A DNA stretch of 64,000 bases from Magallana gigas (Eukaryota): assembly GCF_963853765.1 (NCBI RefSeq), contig NC_088855.1, positions 36,466,205 through 36,530,204 of the forward strand, written 5' to 3'. Position 1 is the first letter of the stretch; each line of letters opens with the position of its first letter. Position numbers and translations under genes: made by a program. Shown in pieces: positions 47,763-61,770 of this stretch. The notes under the pieces are model-generated. The model was given only the letters and a program-made list of their open reading frames with translations. It had not been told where the DNA came from and ran no database searches.

Positions 47763-49883
47763 TGCTTGGATCCATACTATTTTCGAGAAATATTTCTATT
47801 ACTGATACATAGTTTGATTGAATTAATTTTATCTTTAAATATTATTTAACATGATTCATATGGGGGTTCTCGACATTCTTGTCGAAAAAGTCCAAAAATT
47901 CATATTATAAAAATGTGCGTAATTCAAATTAAAAACTACATGTACTTGTCATGCAAAATAACTTATCATTGATTTTTAAAATAAATAAACATCGACAAAA
48001 TCGACTCCCGTCAGTTCTTCAGTACTTTGATTTAAGCTTTCACGTAAATGTTTCATTTTATTAAATTATCCCCGAAGTCTCCGTGTTACGCACATGTACT
48101 AGTAGCATACCTATCCAGTGACCCCAATGAAAAGTAAGAAACAAAATAACTACGGTGTTACATCAATAAATGTAATCATTATCACAATAAATATACGAAC
48201 AAACTTGTGATATCTCAACTTTTTTCCCAATGAGTTATTGGTATTATTCGAATTATTTCAATCTATATTGATAATCAGCAAATAGCTATCATAATTCTAT
48301 TTACTTCACATGGCATTTCCGCTAGATATTAGACCCCGGAAATATTAATGGAGCAAGAAATTCGAACACCATTCAATACTTCTTATTTCATTGGAATACG
48401 TCACAACTAAACGGCGATTTTCTTGAATTGGAAAGAGAATGTAAGGTGCAAACAGTTCTGCAATGTTGAAAGCATGTTCTGAGAGCAATTTACTATAAGT
48501 GTAAATGCCAATATCGCGTAAGGGAATTATCTTCTAATCCTCTTGGCATTTCTTGAATTGAGAAATTGATAAAATTGTCCCAAAAAAATCTTTACATAAA
48601 AGTTGGCCGAACCTCAGACGATATAATACCGCAGATAAAGAAAAAACGTTTCTGACAAAATCCTCAAACTATAGCCATAAAGCACAGTAAATTAAGCACC
48701 AAAGTAAAATTACACGACCTTATATCGGAAAATTCAAAAAGGTAACAAGTATGTATCACAGAAAATATCTCCGGCCATTGTTTTTGTGATGTAGTTCCGG
48801 ATTATGTGGAAATGTTTAATGCAGCGTAAATTAATGTACAGTGTATTAATATTTTCCTAGTTTCTGTTGTAGGTTAATTCATACAATAACACAAGGCCCA
48901 TTTTTAGCAGGAAGGCGTGTCGTTAATTGCAAACCATCATATTTATTTAGATTTATGACATCTGTAGAAACTAGGACTGATGACGTCAGAATTTTTTTGT
49001 ACCCTCTTGCGCAACTGTATGATGACATACATTGCTGAATGTATATATAAGTCTGTCCTGGAGTTTCAACTAAAACTTTTCAAAATATGAATAATCATAG
49101 GAGAACAATTGTAAATTGTATTAAAGAACTATTATGCGTAAAGCGTTCTGATTTTTATGTTTATTGTAACCTTTCATCATTTAGTATACAACTACTCGTA
49201 TTCAGGTTTAACTTTCTTATACAAGGAGAGGATTTGCATAGGCTTTACCTGTTGTCCAATCTTCCTGAGTTTATTGAATAAAAATATGTTTAAATTAAAT
49301 AAAATTTGGTTCGTTTTATAATCTTAATGGGTCAAGGTACATGTCCATGTCGAATAAACTAGAAACTGTAACTTATAATACAACCTTACTTACATACTTA
49401 CTAGTATTTCACAAACCATTTTATGCTTTCATATTACTAAGAACATTTTAAACGAATTCTTGTGTATACCATTTTCGGATTTTGTCCTCGTCTGAATTCA
49501 TGGGTCACTGTTAGCTTGTTCATCCAAACAATTCAATTTCATGATTTTTTTCTACCATGATCATGATCTTCAATGGGTTGTTTTTTTCAATCACATGCAT
49601 CATTTTTTATGAACATGTAATACTTAAACTATTTTTCTTTTTAACCCTGTATGTGAAAAAAAAGCAAACAAAGTACTAGAGTATTTGCAAATTTCTTCAT
49701 ACCAGCTTGCTTCTTTCTCTGACATGAAGGGGCAATGATATGAAGTTAAAACTTATAAATACCCTCTTATTTCAATAAATAGTCTTTGTATCAATTAGAA
49801 TAAGATTATACAGTATTTTCATCTCTTTTTTTCCCTTTGTGTTCGTTTACCCTTTCCCTATTTCGGCTACCTTCTTGAAACCC

Positions 49884-50112
49884 CAGGTGCTTGAGGACAG
49901 GATCGACCCCCCCCCCCAAAGATTATAGACCCTCGGGACTTTAATATTATTTTTTATAAAATTATCCTTTTATGACATATTTCTAATCTAATTTATACAT
50001 TCATTGCCCAAAATTACCTAAAACAAATATTTTTAAAAAATCAGACCCTCTACATATATAATACAAGAAGATTGCTAACTTTGTCCATCTAGATCCTGTC
50101 CTCAAGCACCTG
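49884..50112. mobile_element. About 230-bp MITE with perfect 21-bp TIR 'caggtgcttgaggacaggatc' and flanking direct repeat CTTGAAACC (hAT-like 8-9-bp TSD)
   Basis: Left TIR 49884-49904. Right 50092-50112 is the exact reverse complement. 'cttgaaacc' lies at 49874-49882 and 50115-50123. Contains a C11 homopolymer. Confidence 0.55.
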
Positions 50113-50389
50113 TGCTTGAAACCGGGTATCACGATTTGTATTAACTTCAATTTCTACGGTGTTAATTTAATAATTGATTTGCTGCTGTTTTTTGTAAAAA
50201 TTGTCCCAACGAAACATGGTCTTTCTCTGACATGAAAGGGCTATGATATGAAGTTAAAATTTATAAATACCCTCTTATTTTAAACAATAGTCTTTGTATC
50301 AATTAGAATAAGATTATACAGATTTTCATCTCTTTTTTCCCCTTTGTGTTTGTTTACCCTTTCTCTATTTCGGCCACCTTCTTGAAACC

Positions 50390-50624
50390 ACAGGTGCTTG
50401 AGGACAGGATCGACCCCCCCCCCCCCCCCAAAGATTATAGACCTCCGGGACTTTAATATATTTTTTATCAAATTATCTTTTTATGACATATTTCTAATCT
50501 AATTTATACATTCATTGTCCAAAATTACCTAAAACAAATATTTTTAAAAAATCAGACCCTCTACATATATAATACAAGAAGATTGCTAACTTTGTCCATC
50601 TAGATCCTGTCCTCAAGCACCTGT
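50390..50624. mobile_element. Second copy of the same MITE (within the duplicated unit)
   Basis: 'acaggtgcttgaggacaggatc' at 50390. The reverse complement ends at 50624. Flanked by 'cttgaaacc' at 50381-50389 and 50626-50634. Contains a C17 homopolymer. Confidence 0.55.
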
Positions 50625-53326
50625 GCTTGAAACCGGGTATCACGATTTGTATTAACTTCAATTTCTACCTTATCATAATTATATATGAAACTTCATGTAA
50701 CAGTTTTTACATTAATTGCTATTTGGTTCTTGACGAGAATAATAGTAATTATAAAGCAACTCTTTTTTATTTTCGTTCCTTGTTTATATTCCATTAAAGG
50801 ATCTGGTTCCATCATTTCAACAATTTACAAAAAAAAAGTTGTACTTAAGGTTTGATTGTTCCAACTTTGGTAAAAATATCTCAGTGGTTCTGAATGTAAA
50901 AACTAAGACTGACGATATGCAAACAAAAAGTTAAATCTCCTTTGGTTCAGGTGAACTAAAAAGCATCAAAAAAGTGTCGATTTGATTTAGTATTCCAAGA
51001 ATACATTGCATGAACTTTTCCTATTCGTATGTCAAAATAGTGGTAAAATATTATAAAACAGTTATTCACCTGGATGAATAATTGTGTTCATTTGCTGGAA
51101 ACTAGCTTTTTGTGATAGTATACCCTTTGTGTTCTAATGACGTTTCGGGTTTTGTAATATATCTCTATTTGATCTCACTTTCGCTTGACCATCTTGTACT
51201 GAGTTAATCTCTGTCTAAATCTGTGAAATCTGCGATAGAAGCGTGACAACTGGACAAAACAATATGGAATCTAAATTTACAAATTGCTGTAAAACGGTTC
51301 CTCAATTAATCCACAATGTTGCCTAACAAGGTTAAATTTTCCGAGTGACAGCACACTGTCCTTTGTGCTCTTGTGCCAAATTATTGGTGACTGTTCAAAA
51401 CTTTATAGGCCAACTATTTTTTTCCTGCACGTTTTAGTATGGACGAAACTATAAATACAATGCTGAACTTCAATACAATTTTCAAATTGATTTGGATTGT
51501 ACTTGTTTTAACATTAGCAACGTATTACATACAGATGTACGTACATTCTGGTAGTCGTGACTTCTTGATTACCCATGTAACTAACTGCTTCGTTTTCCCA
51601 GCAGTTCGCAAATTTATTCATGAATATGGTATATTATTTCAGTATTATATATAAAGATATAAATCACAATCAGTATCTATTATCGTCATAACAAATACAT
51701 AAACATGTATATATACATGTTCGTGTGTATTAGTTTTTTTATTGAGAGAATAATATTATTAATCTTTTAATAATAATAATAATAATAATAATTAAGTTTT
51801 AGTTCAAAATAATGTTATCACTTGTCATCTATTTTCTGTTATATTGTTATTATAGTATATTGTTTATAAATGCATTGTATTAGTTACTTCCTTTACTATT
51901 CTTTACATGACAATTTCAAATAGTCTTGTACATAAGGAACAGAGCATGTAAGTTGATAAAACTTGTTTCTCATACTTTATAAAATAAAATATGCTCAAAC
52001 TAAACCTTGCAACGCTTGCAATATTGAAAGTGAAAGTAAAAGTTGCGGATATTTTATGACTTGTTGCTAATCGAAATATTACCAAGAACTACCTTTTTGA
52101 AGTCCTGTAGATTTCGTTGACAAATAAAATATTAACAAATATCACGGGTTCATTCAGAGATTAACGTCGGATACTGTAATGTCACGAACATATTTTGTTA
52201 TGTATCGGAATTTTAAATTCAGCTGAAAAGTCTTGGTGTACCTTAATATGAAGATTTTTTCTCTTATTCAGAAATCATGATCTTTAATACCATAATCATT
52301 GGATTGTGTATAGTTTCCATTACAATGATTGAGACCGCAAAATCCGATTAAACCAAGAAGAAATACTGTTTGTAAATATGTAAACAATTTAATACGTTTG
52401 AAATGTACATGCTAAAGTGTGTTATAGATGGAAGTGATAATGCGAATCTGACCTCTGACACATCGCCCAATTTGGTCAAGTGATTTCATCCTGTTTTAAC
52501 CGAGTAAATCCAGCAAAACGGTTGACAACTTCTTATAAACAATATTGTGTCCTGTTCCAAACAACAATCGGAATATATGAGAAAATACTCAATGGAAATA
52601 GTATTGTAGTTTGAAATAGCATCGATCATTTTCCAAAAAAGAAACAATTGACTTTAAAACAAATGTTGTCAGCGGGGCTTAGTTCTTTCAAATGTATAGT
52701 CAATATAAATATGACGTCAAAGACATCAAATGAGCACCATTTGGACGTCACAAGGTATCAGTGTCAATACTTGATACGTTCTTTGTGCAATTTAAGACAC
52801 TTGTATCCAAAGTAGTCGAATATCCTTTCTAAAAAAATATTTCTGAAAGATATTAAAATGTTTGAAAATGACAAGAAAGATTTATTGTTCCTACTCCGAC
52901 GCCCAGTGTCTAAAAACCGGAAACAGTTCTTCAGAATTTGAAGGTGGAAAAGTCAAGATAACTGTAGTCTCTCATGGAATATAATAAAGCTTCTTTGTGT
53001 TACTGGCCATCAGAGATGGACAGAATAAGCGATTTTGTATTTTTAGAAATCTACAGAATTATGTTCGGAAAGAAACCATTTTTCTTCCCTCGGATATTCA
53101 TAATAAGATATGAGCAAACGTTTTCGGATCATTTACACCATGATAATTTAATTGGGGTGAATTACTTAATTGTCGACTATTTTGGTTAGCATTGTACTAC
53201 GGCAAATTTTACATTGATTTCACGAAGGCGCGTAGCTGAATATAGAGAAACAGGACATCTCTAATTTTATCGAGTTTTGTTTGTTATCCTACTGAGGTTT
53301 TCTCATACATCGTTTAGTTAAAGCTC

Positions 53327-53329
<3 letters not shown>

Positions 53330-53387
<58 letters not shown>
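53330..53387. repeat. (GA)n microsatellite, about 28 units
   Basis: Direct reading. Confidence 0.95.
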
Positions 53388-53391
<4 letters not shown>

Positions 53392-54951
53392 AATGAAAGA
53401 ATTAAAGAAGAAAGGAGGGGAATATGAAAAGTTAAACGGTTATTATTGATTTTTTATTAATAAGTTATAATATTTTCACTAAACTGTAAGTACAATCGCG
53501 TGGGGTTGTTCGTTGTCTGTATTCCTGTATCAATATATATTTTATATTCGCGCAATGAAAATGAAATACTATCAATGTACAGATTGAAAATATATCTACA
53601 GGAAGTGTATAACAATGTATGTATTTGAAAATTATTCAGAAATATGATATTTAGGCTTATGATGTAATGCCTTAATGTTCTCTGTAGTTTTACCTTTTTT
53701 TTACTATCATACAGAAGAAAAAGAGATTTAAAGAGAAGTAATAAAGCTAGATCAACGAAAGCAAAATTAAGTATTATTGTGCTTCATTGCACATATTGTA
53801 TACATTTTCTTAACTTTTTAAAAAGTATCTTAAATTTTCTTCTCGTTTTCTTAAATTTGTTTTTCATATATATGTATATATCGTATACATTTGTATTTTT
53901 CCTTTAAAAATACGAACTTACGACAAAGCTTAATTTTATTTTTCCACGTGTTTTTATTCAGAAAAGATAGTTTTAAAGTCTAATTTTTAAACAAAAAAAC
54001 TTTCTCAAGCAATTTTAATAGTAAATATTGTCAAAATTTACACACTTAGAGTGCAGCAAGTATTTCATCAAAACGTCGAAAATGTCAGTGTTTGCAGTAA
54101 ATTGGGTGGTCTCTACTGTTTTTTGAGGCGCCCGCTGCTAAAAAGGAAAAAAAACTGTCGTTGCCATATCACGTACATGACATCAGTCAAAAAAGGGCCA
54201 CCACCTACCCAGTGTTATATACACTGGTACCAAAATGGACCCCGGTCCCTCCCTGCAATTACTATCCAAAGTCTTTACATAATTTGATGGACTTACAATT
54301 TGTCGTCATTCATACTTAACGTATAAGATTGACAAATGTGATCATTTGGTGAAGTTTCTTCTTTATCTCGTTGCGTGGGTAAAAAAGAAATAAAGGTTTG
54401 TTCTAAATATGTTTAAGCAGACTGCATTGATTGCAGGTTCCAAGATTATCAAAATCTCAGATCATTTTTTTTCTCTAAACGTCGAAGTTCTTTGATTTGT
54501 ATACAAAGCCGTTAAATTGAATATCTGATCAGCGTTTGATAATGGAAAGTGTCACAGCCATTCTCTGAAATGATGACTTCCCAAATGTAAACTTGATTAT
54601 GGGTGGTTACCGAGCTAATACGACTTTAATTGTTGCATAAAAGCATGAAGAAAAAAATCTCTCGGTGAAAACATTTAGAAAATTTTAAACGTCTAAAGTA
54701 CAAGATCAATTCGTCAAGATGGCTATCTCCTATCTAAGTGTTCGCTTGATACTGGGAGTCTGTTCTTTTGACACACCCTTTGTGTAATTTGACAAATTGT
54801 CAAAATAGTTTAGGATCAAGAAATCAAATACACGTGAAAACTCCTCAATGGAAATCCATACCTAGTACTATGACGCAAACTGTATTATAGTTTTCACTGT
54901 TTATGTTGTCATTCACAAACTACGGACATAAATAAAAGAGTTTGAAAGTTT

Positions 54952-54954
<3 letters not shown>

Positions 54955-55013
<59 letters not shown>
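54955..55013. repeat. (CT)n microsatellite, about 29 units
   Basis: Direct reading. Confidence 0.95.
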
Positions 55014-55015
<2 letters not shown>

Positions 55016-58000
55016 ATTAGCAAATTGATTAAGAATAAGTCCATGCATGTATGTCTTGTGACATCTCCACACGTGTGCATGTTAAGTTAGTGCCATTTAC
55101 CTATAGATACAATATATGACAATTTGGCGAAAATTATGTAAACTGCAGATATCAGTTCCATAAATCTTTATATATTTATATCATTGTAGACAATTAGATA
55201 ACTACAGGGGACAGTATAGAAAAACGTAAATACAATACTTTTATAACGAATATTGGATAAATACAACATGTACTTGTGCTAAATTTTGCAGCAATACTAA
55301 ATAAATCAATTATATTGTACTACAATAAAATGTAAGATGCGACGTCATGCACACGTTCAACTTGCCAACGGGTTATCAGTACCACCTGTAATTTCAATAA
55401 TCATATAAATCTGTATTCTTAAAAATGCTTGTATAATATACGTTTTTGTGTCTCGTCCCATTTCATGATTTTGAAAGTGATAAAATGAAGTGGAAAACCA
55501 ATGGGCTTGTTGATGACTACGTATCCAGGACCCACCTTGAAACCATCTTGACGCATTGCTCAGATGACCATGCAATCCGTAGTTTCATGTATTGTGTCTA
55601 AGTTTATGACAAATAATGTTACAGTATTAATCTCATTTCTCAACTTCCGGTCATGCGCAAAATACTGGTATGATATCCGATTCCTATGACATTTTAAAGA
55701 TATTCAAATATATGTAAAAACCGATATTTACCTTGATTTTTGTTATACTAACAAATTTAAAATTGATTTAATCAAGTCGTCTTTATCCACTGAACTCTTG
55801 ATGAACTGTGTTCAAAATTTAAATGCAAACCTAAAATGTTATTGTGGGTTGGTATATATTATTGCATGTAAATTTTTCAAAAACAAATCTACTAAATGAC
55901 AAATTTCTGTACAAATCTGCCTAATATTCTGTGATGATAATAATACCTATTTTTGACTACCACTGATTAAACTACTGCGCTTTTCAGATCGATGAGTAAA
56001 TAACAATGAATTGGATGGAACATGGAGAGAGGGAGATTGAGGGAAGAAAATACCTGTGTGATGAGTTTATAATAAATGGCTTCCAGGTGTCAGTTTACAT
56101 TCGCAGAAAAAAAGCGGAGTGACAATTATGTAGATGGTCATTGATAAAGACGATCGATCTTCAACCAAACCCTCTAGATGTCTAATTATAAAGAACGCCA
56201 CCTCAAACTGGAATATATACCGCCAACACAATGTGATTGTATCATAGATTAAAAATTCCTCATTTCTGTTGCGTGTTTATGTAACCTTGACGCTACAAAA
56301 CAGACGTATTTGACTTAATTTTGCAATACGTGAACATTTTTTTTTCTTTTCTTTTTTTATTTTTTACAAATTTATTGCTGCCATCTTTCATAGACATAGT
56401 TCTATTTATCTTTTCTTTTACCTTTACACATAGTCTGCACTACATGAAAAAATGTAGACAGTTACGACATCCATACGGCTAGATTTCCGGTAGATTTCCG
56501 GGTGACGTTCCATTGGTCCTAACCTCTGTATAGACCCCCGGGCTTTAAGGAAAATATTGATGACAACCGTCTGTACATTTCATCGTTTCCTTTTAAAGTT
56601 TGTTTGATATTGTTATTTGTTTCTTGTTACAATTATCTTGTCTGTTGTGAATATCAACACTAAAATAGATCGAGAATTATGATCCATCAGTATTGGAACT
56701 AACATTATGTTTCCCCAGTGATAAGTGTTTTCTAAATATAATAAAGGAAAGCGTTATAGCTTCAAGCAATTTTGAATGATAGAAAATGTAGGACCAAATT
56801 AAAACATATTTCATCACATCAAAATTCTTTTTTGTCACCACATTCCCAGAAATGATATAAATGCAGATAAAGCCAATATATGGAAATATTGTTTTCCATT
56901 GTTTTAATATTTTTCATTTTAAAGAAGAGGTTTGGAAACATGCCTTTGGTTGGTCTGTTAAGTAGAGCTTTTCTTTCGTGTTTCCTTTTTAAATCCTACT
57001 TTTGTAATATTATGGATATCAGACAAATATTTACGTATATGTGTGCAGATTTTCATTAACCAATGTTTTATGGCCAAAACAATTATCATATGATCGTTAT
57101 GCATCATGCCATAGAAAAAAAACATTTGTATCTACAAAGAGATTACTAATTTTGTGCACTGTATGCATATCCTTCCAAACAAGGTGGTGAATTCATAATT
57201 TCTATGGTACATATAATTTCATAGCATAAGCAAGGTTAAATGTAAACAATCGCACAAAGTAAAATATTACAAGAAGATGTAACTTTATCTCGGCTGTAGC
57301 ACCAGTTCCTAATGTTAAAGCAATTTTTTTTTAACTTTAAAATGGAATACTCATATGCTGTGAATAGTAAACTTCTGTAAACTCCAGAAATTACGGACTG
57401 CAATCATCTTTTCCTTGGCTCCCAAATAATTTTTATTGAATTATAAAGCTAAAACTTTCTTCTGAGAAACTCAACACATGCATGACATAATTTTGTATTG
57501 CAAGTTTGGAATTTTACTCACTTAAAGTTATAATTTTCATATTTACACCAACGTAAAAAATTCATAAACCACAATAATTGAGTAGGATCTTGCAAGTCCG
57601 TTTTCCCTACTCCGACGACAGCCTATGAATGTTGTTTGCTACCAATTTTGCTGTAAAGTAATTCTGTGACGTTCTGTGACAATGAATACAAACAGTTGTT
57701 TACCTTTGAGGTTTATGCGAACCTGTTGTGTGTTTTTGGTTGTTCGGTGTTTTTGCTTTACAAAAGATTAAAGGATTCGGCGAAAGTAAATACAAATATT
57801 TACTTACATGTTGAACTGCGTAAGCAGGACAAAAGAAATTAAATGATATCATTTAGCACCTTCAAAGTCTCTGCCTCCTCCCGCCCACTTCTAAAATCAA
57901 GAAAAGAGAAAGAATATCTACTGTCAATAAATTTTCTTCAATAGAAGGAGCAATTCTTTAGATTATGGAGGAATTCTTCATTCGAATTGTATGATTAACA

Positions 58001-61000
58001 TTTCAAAGACGTTAGAATATTTTTCTGTTGTTTTCAAATAACTGATAATGTTCCTGACTCATTTTGGAAAGGGACTAGTTTGCCTCTTCCGTTTTGTTCC
58101 TTTCATTTTACGATAAATCTCATTTAATCTGTAGGTTTTAATGGAGAAAATGTCCATCCTCTTTCTTTTTGGTGTATTGGTTCCGTGTGTTCGATTCAAC
58201 AGCTGCGACTCGTCAAGTCCCTGACATTTTTTTTATGATTTCTGATCCTCTGTTGCTGTTGATAGGACAAGTTAACACAGCAGTTTTTCAAAGCAAAATC
58301 ATAGCCTTATTACTGGTTCTTGTTGTGGTTTTATATGCGTTTTATCTAATGTGCATAGCTAGAACAACACACTTAAAAGCACCGCAAAATGGCATTCTAT
58401 GAATGAAACGGTGAGGGAAATAAAATGATTTGTATAATGGAATGCAGATAAGCCTGCAAGTGTATGCAATAATTTACGACATTTTATATTGCATGTATTA
58501 TCTATTCGTTAAAATTTCACTTATCTGATTTAATGTAAGAAGTGAATTCAAACTTAAGATAAAAACTTGAAGCTATCAATTCCTCTAGGCGTTTTATTAA
58601 TTCCAATATGATGTTTTCCCATTATAATTTATATGTGAGTCGTGGAATCAAACAAAATGCATGTCATGGTGTGAATTTCACGCTTTCGGTGAAAAGGAAA
58701 CGATTTTATGACTGAACAAATCAGGATTTCGATAAAATAAAGCCTTAAAATCCTTCTTTAATCCATATCCTCTGGATAATACTGAGCATATAAATCAGTA
58801 ATATATATATAGTGATTTGATGGCATATACAAAACAAATACTTGTAACTAGACACTGACAGTATGTTAAAACGTTACGTGGAGATTATGTCGTTTTCTTT
58901 AAATTATTTCAAAATGTATCAAATACAAGCACTGATCAATTTATGACCCTCTTGAAAAGTTAACTTTACTTATAGGCCAGTTTTAATCATTCTCTAATTA
59001 TGTTATCCACAAAAAGGGTCTTGATGTCCATATTTATATACATGTATATTAAATGTACCCTTGTGAGTAAATTTCCAGATAAGAATTGTCCGCTATACAT
59101 CTATTTTAACTTGTTTCAAGATGAACATGCACTAAAAAGAGATGTGATAAAATCCATATATAATAGAAGAATTTTTTTGTATTCACCGTAATTTCATTGG
59201 GTATCTAATAAGAAAATCAGGTAAAACATCTGGACACACATTTTACAACGAGCCCTTATTCAGCTAGATCCCCATAGGTTTGTTAGTCCTTACACACTTT
59301 AGAATCTCATTATACGTCTGGTCTGACAATTACCCACCAATGCTATAAAATTACACTCATTTGGGGGGTCAAGTTGTAAACAGGGCACTAATAAAGGGGA
59401 ATTAATCTGCCATCTTACTCATCATGTCCCCCATAAAGCAAACTGACACATAGAAGAGCCTCCAGTCTGCTCTTATTTACAGGGTATATTTAGAACTCAC
59501 TAAGCGGTATTATGCAGTTATTGCTTTTGTTTTCGGTGCACGGGGTATTTTTTAAAAGGGGAGGAAGGGGGGGGGGTAATTTGGTAATAAATCTTTACCA
59601 AAATATATGTGCCTTATTTTCATTGTTAAAAATTTAGTGCGTGTGTTTGATTAAATATACTTCAGTTACTTTTTTGTTTATATTTTTTACAAATCAGCAA
59701 CAAATATGTTAAAAACCATACATTTTTAATGTACTTAACTTTTACATTTGTCAAAGTTGTTCATTTTTCAGCTTGTTTGTAACATAATGTTAAAGTATGG
59801 GGAAAAAATATGCACAGGTTCGGGGGATATCAAATGCAAAATACAGAAGCTATATGAGGCTTTCGTATGTTGTAAATCTTTTCTTTCGGAAAAGCGAGTA
59901 TTGAAGAACCAGTTGAAATTTTGAGAAAGGAAATATGACAAGCCATGGCGTCAGTAGTTTCACAAGAAAGGTGTGGCAACATACGGCTAATAAGTAGTTT
60001 TCCAAGTTGCAACAAGATTGACACGTGTGCAATTAGATTTGTATCGGTCTCTCTTGTACCCGTAAAGAGCAATTATCGCACGTAATGTGCTAATTAATAT
60101 GGACAGGCATTGTGTCTCAAACTACAACAGGTGTTTTGATTAAAAATAAACAAGCGTGCTGCGAAAGTGATAATCTAAAGGTAATTATGTAATTAATCCA
60201 CGCGCGGCGGTACTATTTGGGTTAAAATTGAGTTTTAATTTTAATTTGGTCGTCTGCGAACCTTCAGTTTTCTCAAAATTATCTTAAAAGTCGCCGCCAC
60301 GTTGAGTAATCGTTAATTGATGTGGAGAGTATTAACGGTTTCTTGGATTGTTAAAACAAGTATTTAAATACACATAAATTAAAAATATATCAATTAATTT
60401 GAATTTACAGCAATATTTTCAGATTATTGTTTAAAAAAGAATTTTAAAGCGTAAAACTGTATAATAATCTTTTAAACAATAAACCATAATAGGAAATAAA
60501 TTTTTCATTCTAATTTTGTTGTCGACCTGCTTCTGGGGGTATTTCTATTTTAGAGAGTAGACTTTAATCTCTCTTCCTTGCCCAATATCAAGTAAAGTAT
60601 CACCGCACTATGCGCCTAAGCCCACTGTTTACCGGAATCTCTCCCTTTCTCCACCTTTGTCATTGCTCGGCGATTAGCGTGTTTAAATCTCCATCCATCA
60701 AGAAAACATACTATATTCGAGAAAAAATATAGCTAATGCAAGGGTCATCTGTGGTCATTGATCACATTTGTCAAATCTGGGAAAATCGTATTTTCAAAAA
60801 GAATTGAAAAATTTATATTTTACGAGTTCTCGAATTTAGAGAGAATTCAAAAACAGATATTACAATGCATTTTATTGGAGGCAGGGGAAGGGTTGGATTT
60901 GTCAAAGAATTAAAAGTCGTGAATTCAAATAAAGAGTAGAATAAGAATCGGTGCCGATTTCAAAGATCGTGCACATCATGTAAAAGTTTGACTTCTAAAT

Positions 61001-61583
61001 CCAATTGAAATGACATTTATCCTTGACGAGTTGTTTACGCGGAATGTCAGCGGGATTTGGAATTGTTTGAAATACACGTCCACGAAAAGGGGAAAACTTC
61101 TGTGTTTCAAAAAATGTTAGCAAACTAAGAAATAGAAGTGATATGCCAAAAGGGATTTGGTTGGATCGTGATTTTAGAGGCCCTCATGAATCGACCCCCT
61201 CCAAACGACGAACAGGAATTCAACAACTGGGCGATTATTAATGGTCGTAATGTGACAAATACGAATATAATTGAAAAATCTTTGAGATAAGCCACAGGTT
61301 TGATTAAAAAACGTTCATCCAGTTTGACAACGAGACTCTTAATAAAAACTACAGACTTTAGCCACCGAGAAAACTGTTTTTGTATGAAAGGAGGAGATAG
61401 AAATTACCCCCTTTTATTTACATTTGGCTATTGATACGACGGAAAATTCTTTCTGAGAGAGTGTTTAAGCGAAAAATGATAGACAATTGTGTTCTTCCAA
61501 AACGTCTTGGATATAACCATCAAAGGCAGCGGCAAAAAGATAGATTAGAAGCAATTTCAAGTTTTGTTGCAGTTGTATATTGA

Positions 61584-61770
61584 ATGTTAACGCTGAAAGA
61601 TGCGAAGACCGGGCTTGCATCAAAACAAGATGAGGAGAACATAAGCAAATATAAACAAGTATCGAAGCGCTTCAGAGGAGAACTGAAGTTTCGGAGAAAT
61701 TACCAGAAAGAAAGGAGCAAAGTGAGAAGGAAAGAGTTTAACCAAAGGTTTTCTTTATTACTTTCAAAAG
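61584..61770 (+). CDS. Candidate first coding exon (62 aa, basic/lysine-arginine-rich), ending at a GTAAGC donor; parent gene unknown
   Basis: ATG-initiated ORF 'MLTLKDAKTGLASKQDEENISKYKQVSKRFRGELKFRRNYQKERSKVRRKEFNQRFSLLLSK', followed immediately by 'gtaagc'. No downstream exons identified; no homology recognised. Confidence 0.2.

Larger units (their letters stand above)
49700..50680. repeat. About 515-bp tandem duplication (2 copies), each carrying a hAT-like MITE
   Basis: Copy 1 is about 49700-50160; copy 2 is about 50218-50675, roughly 93% identical. They differ in poly-C length (11 versus 17). Confidence 0.85.

Noticed and set aside
58169-58402. 77-aa hydrophobic ORF (possible membrane protein exon)
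   Set aside because: Isolated, no splice-site or homology support. The hydrophobicity is consistent with a T-rich reading frame in AT-rich DNA.
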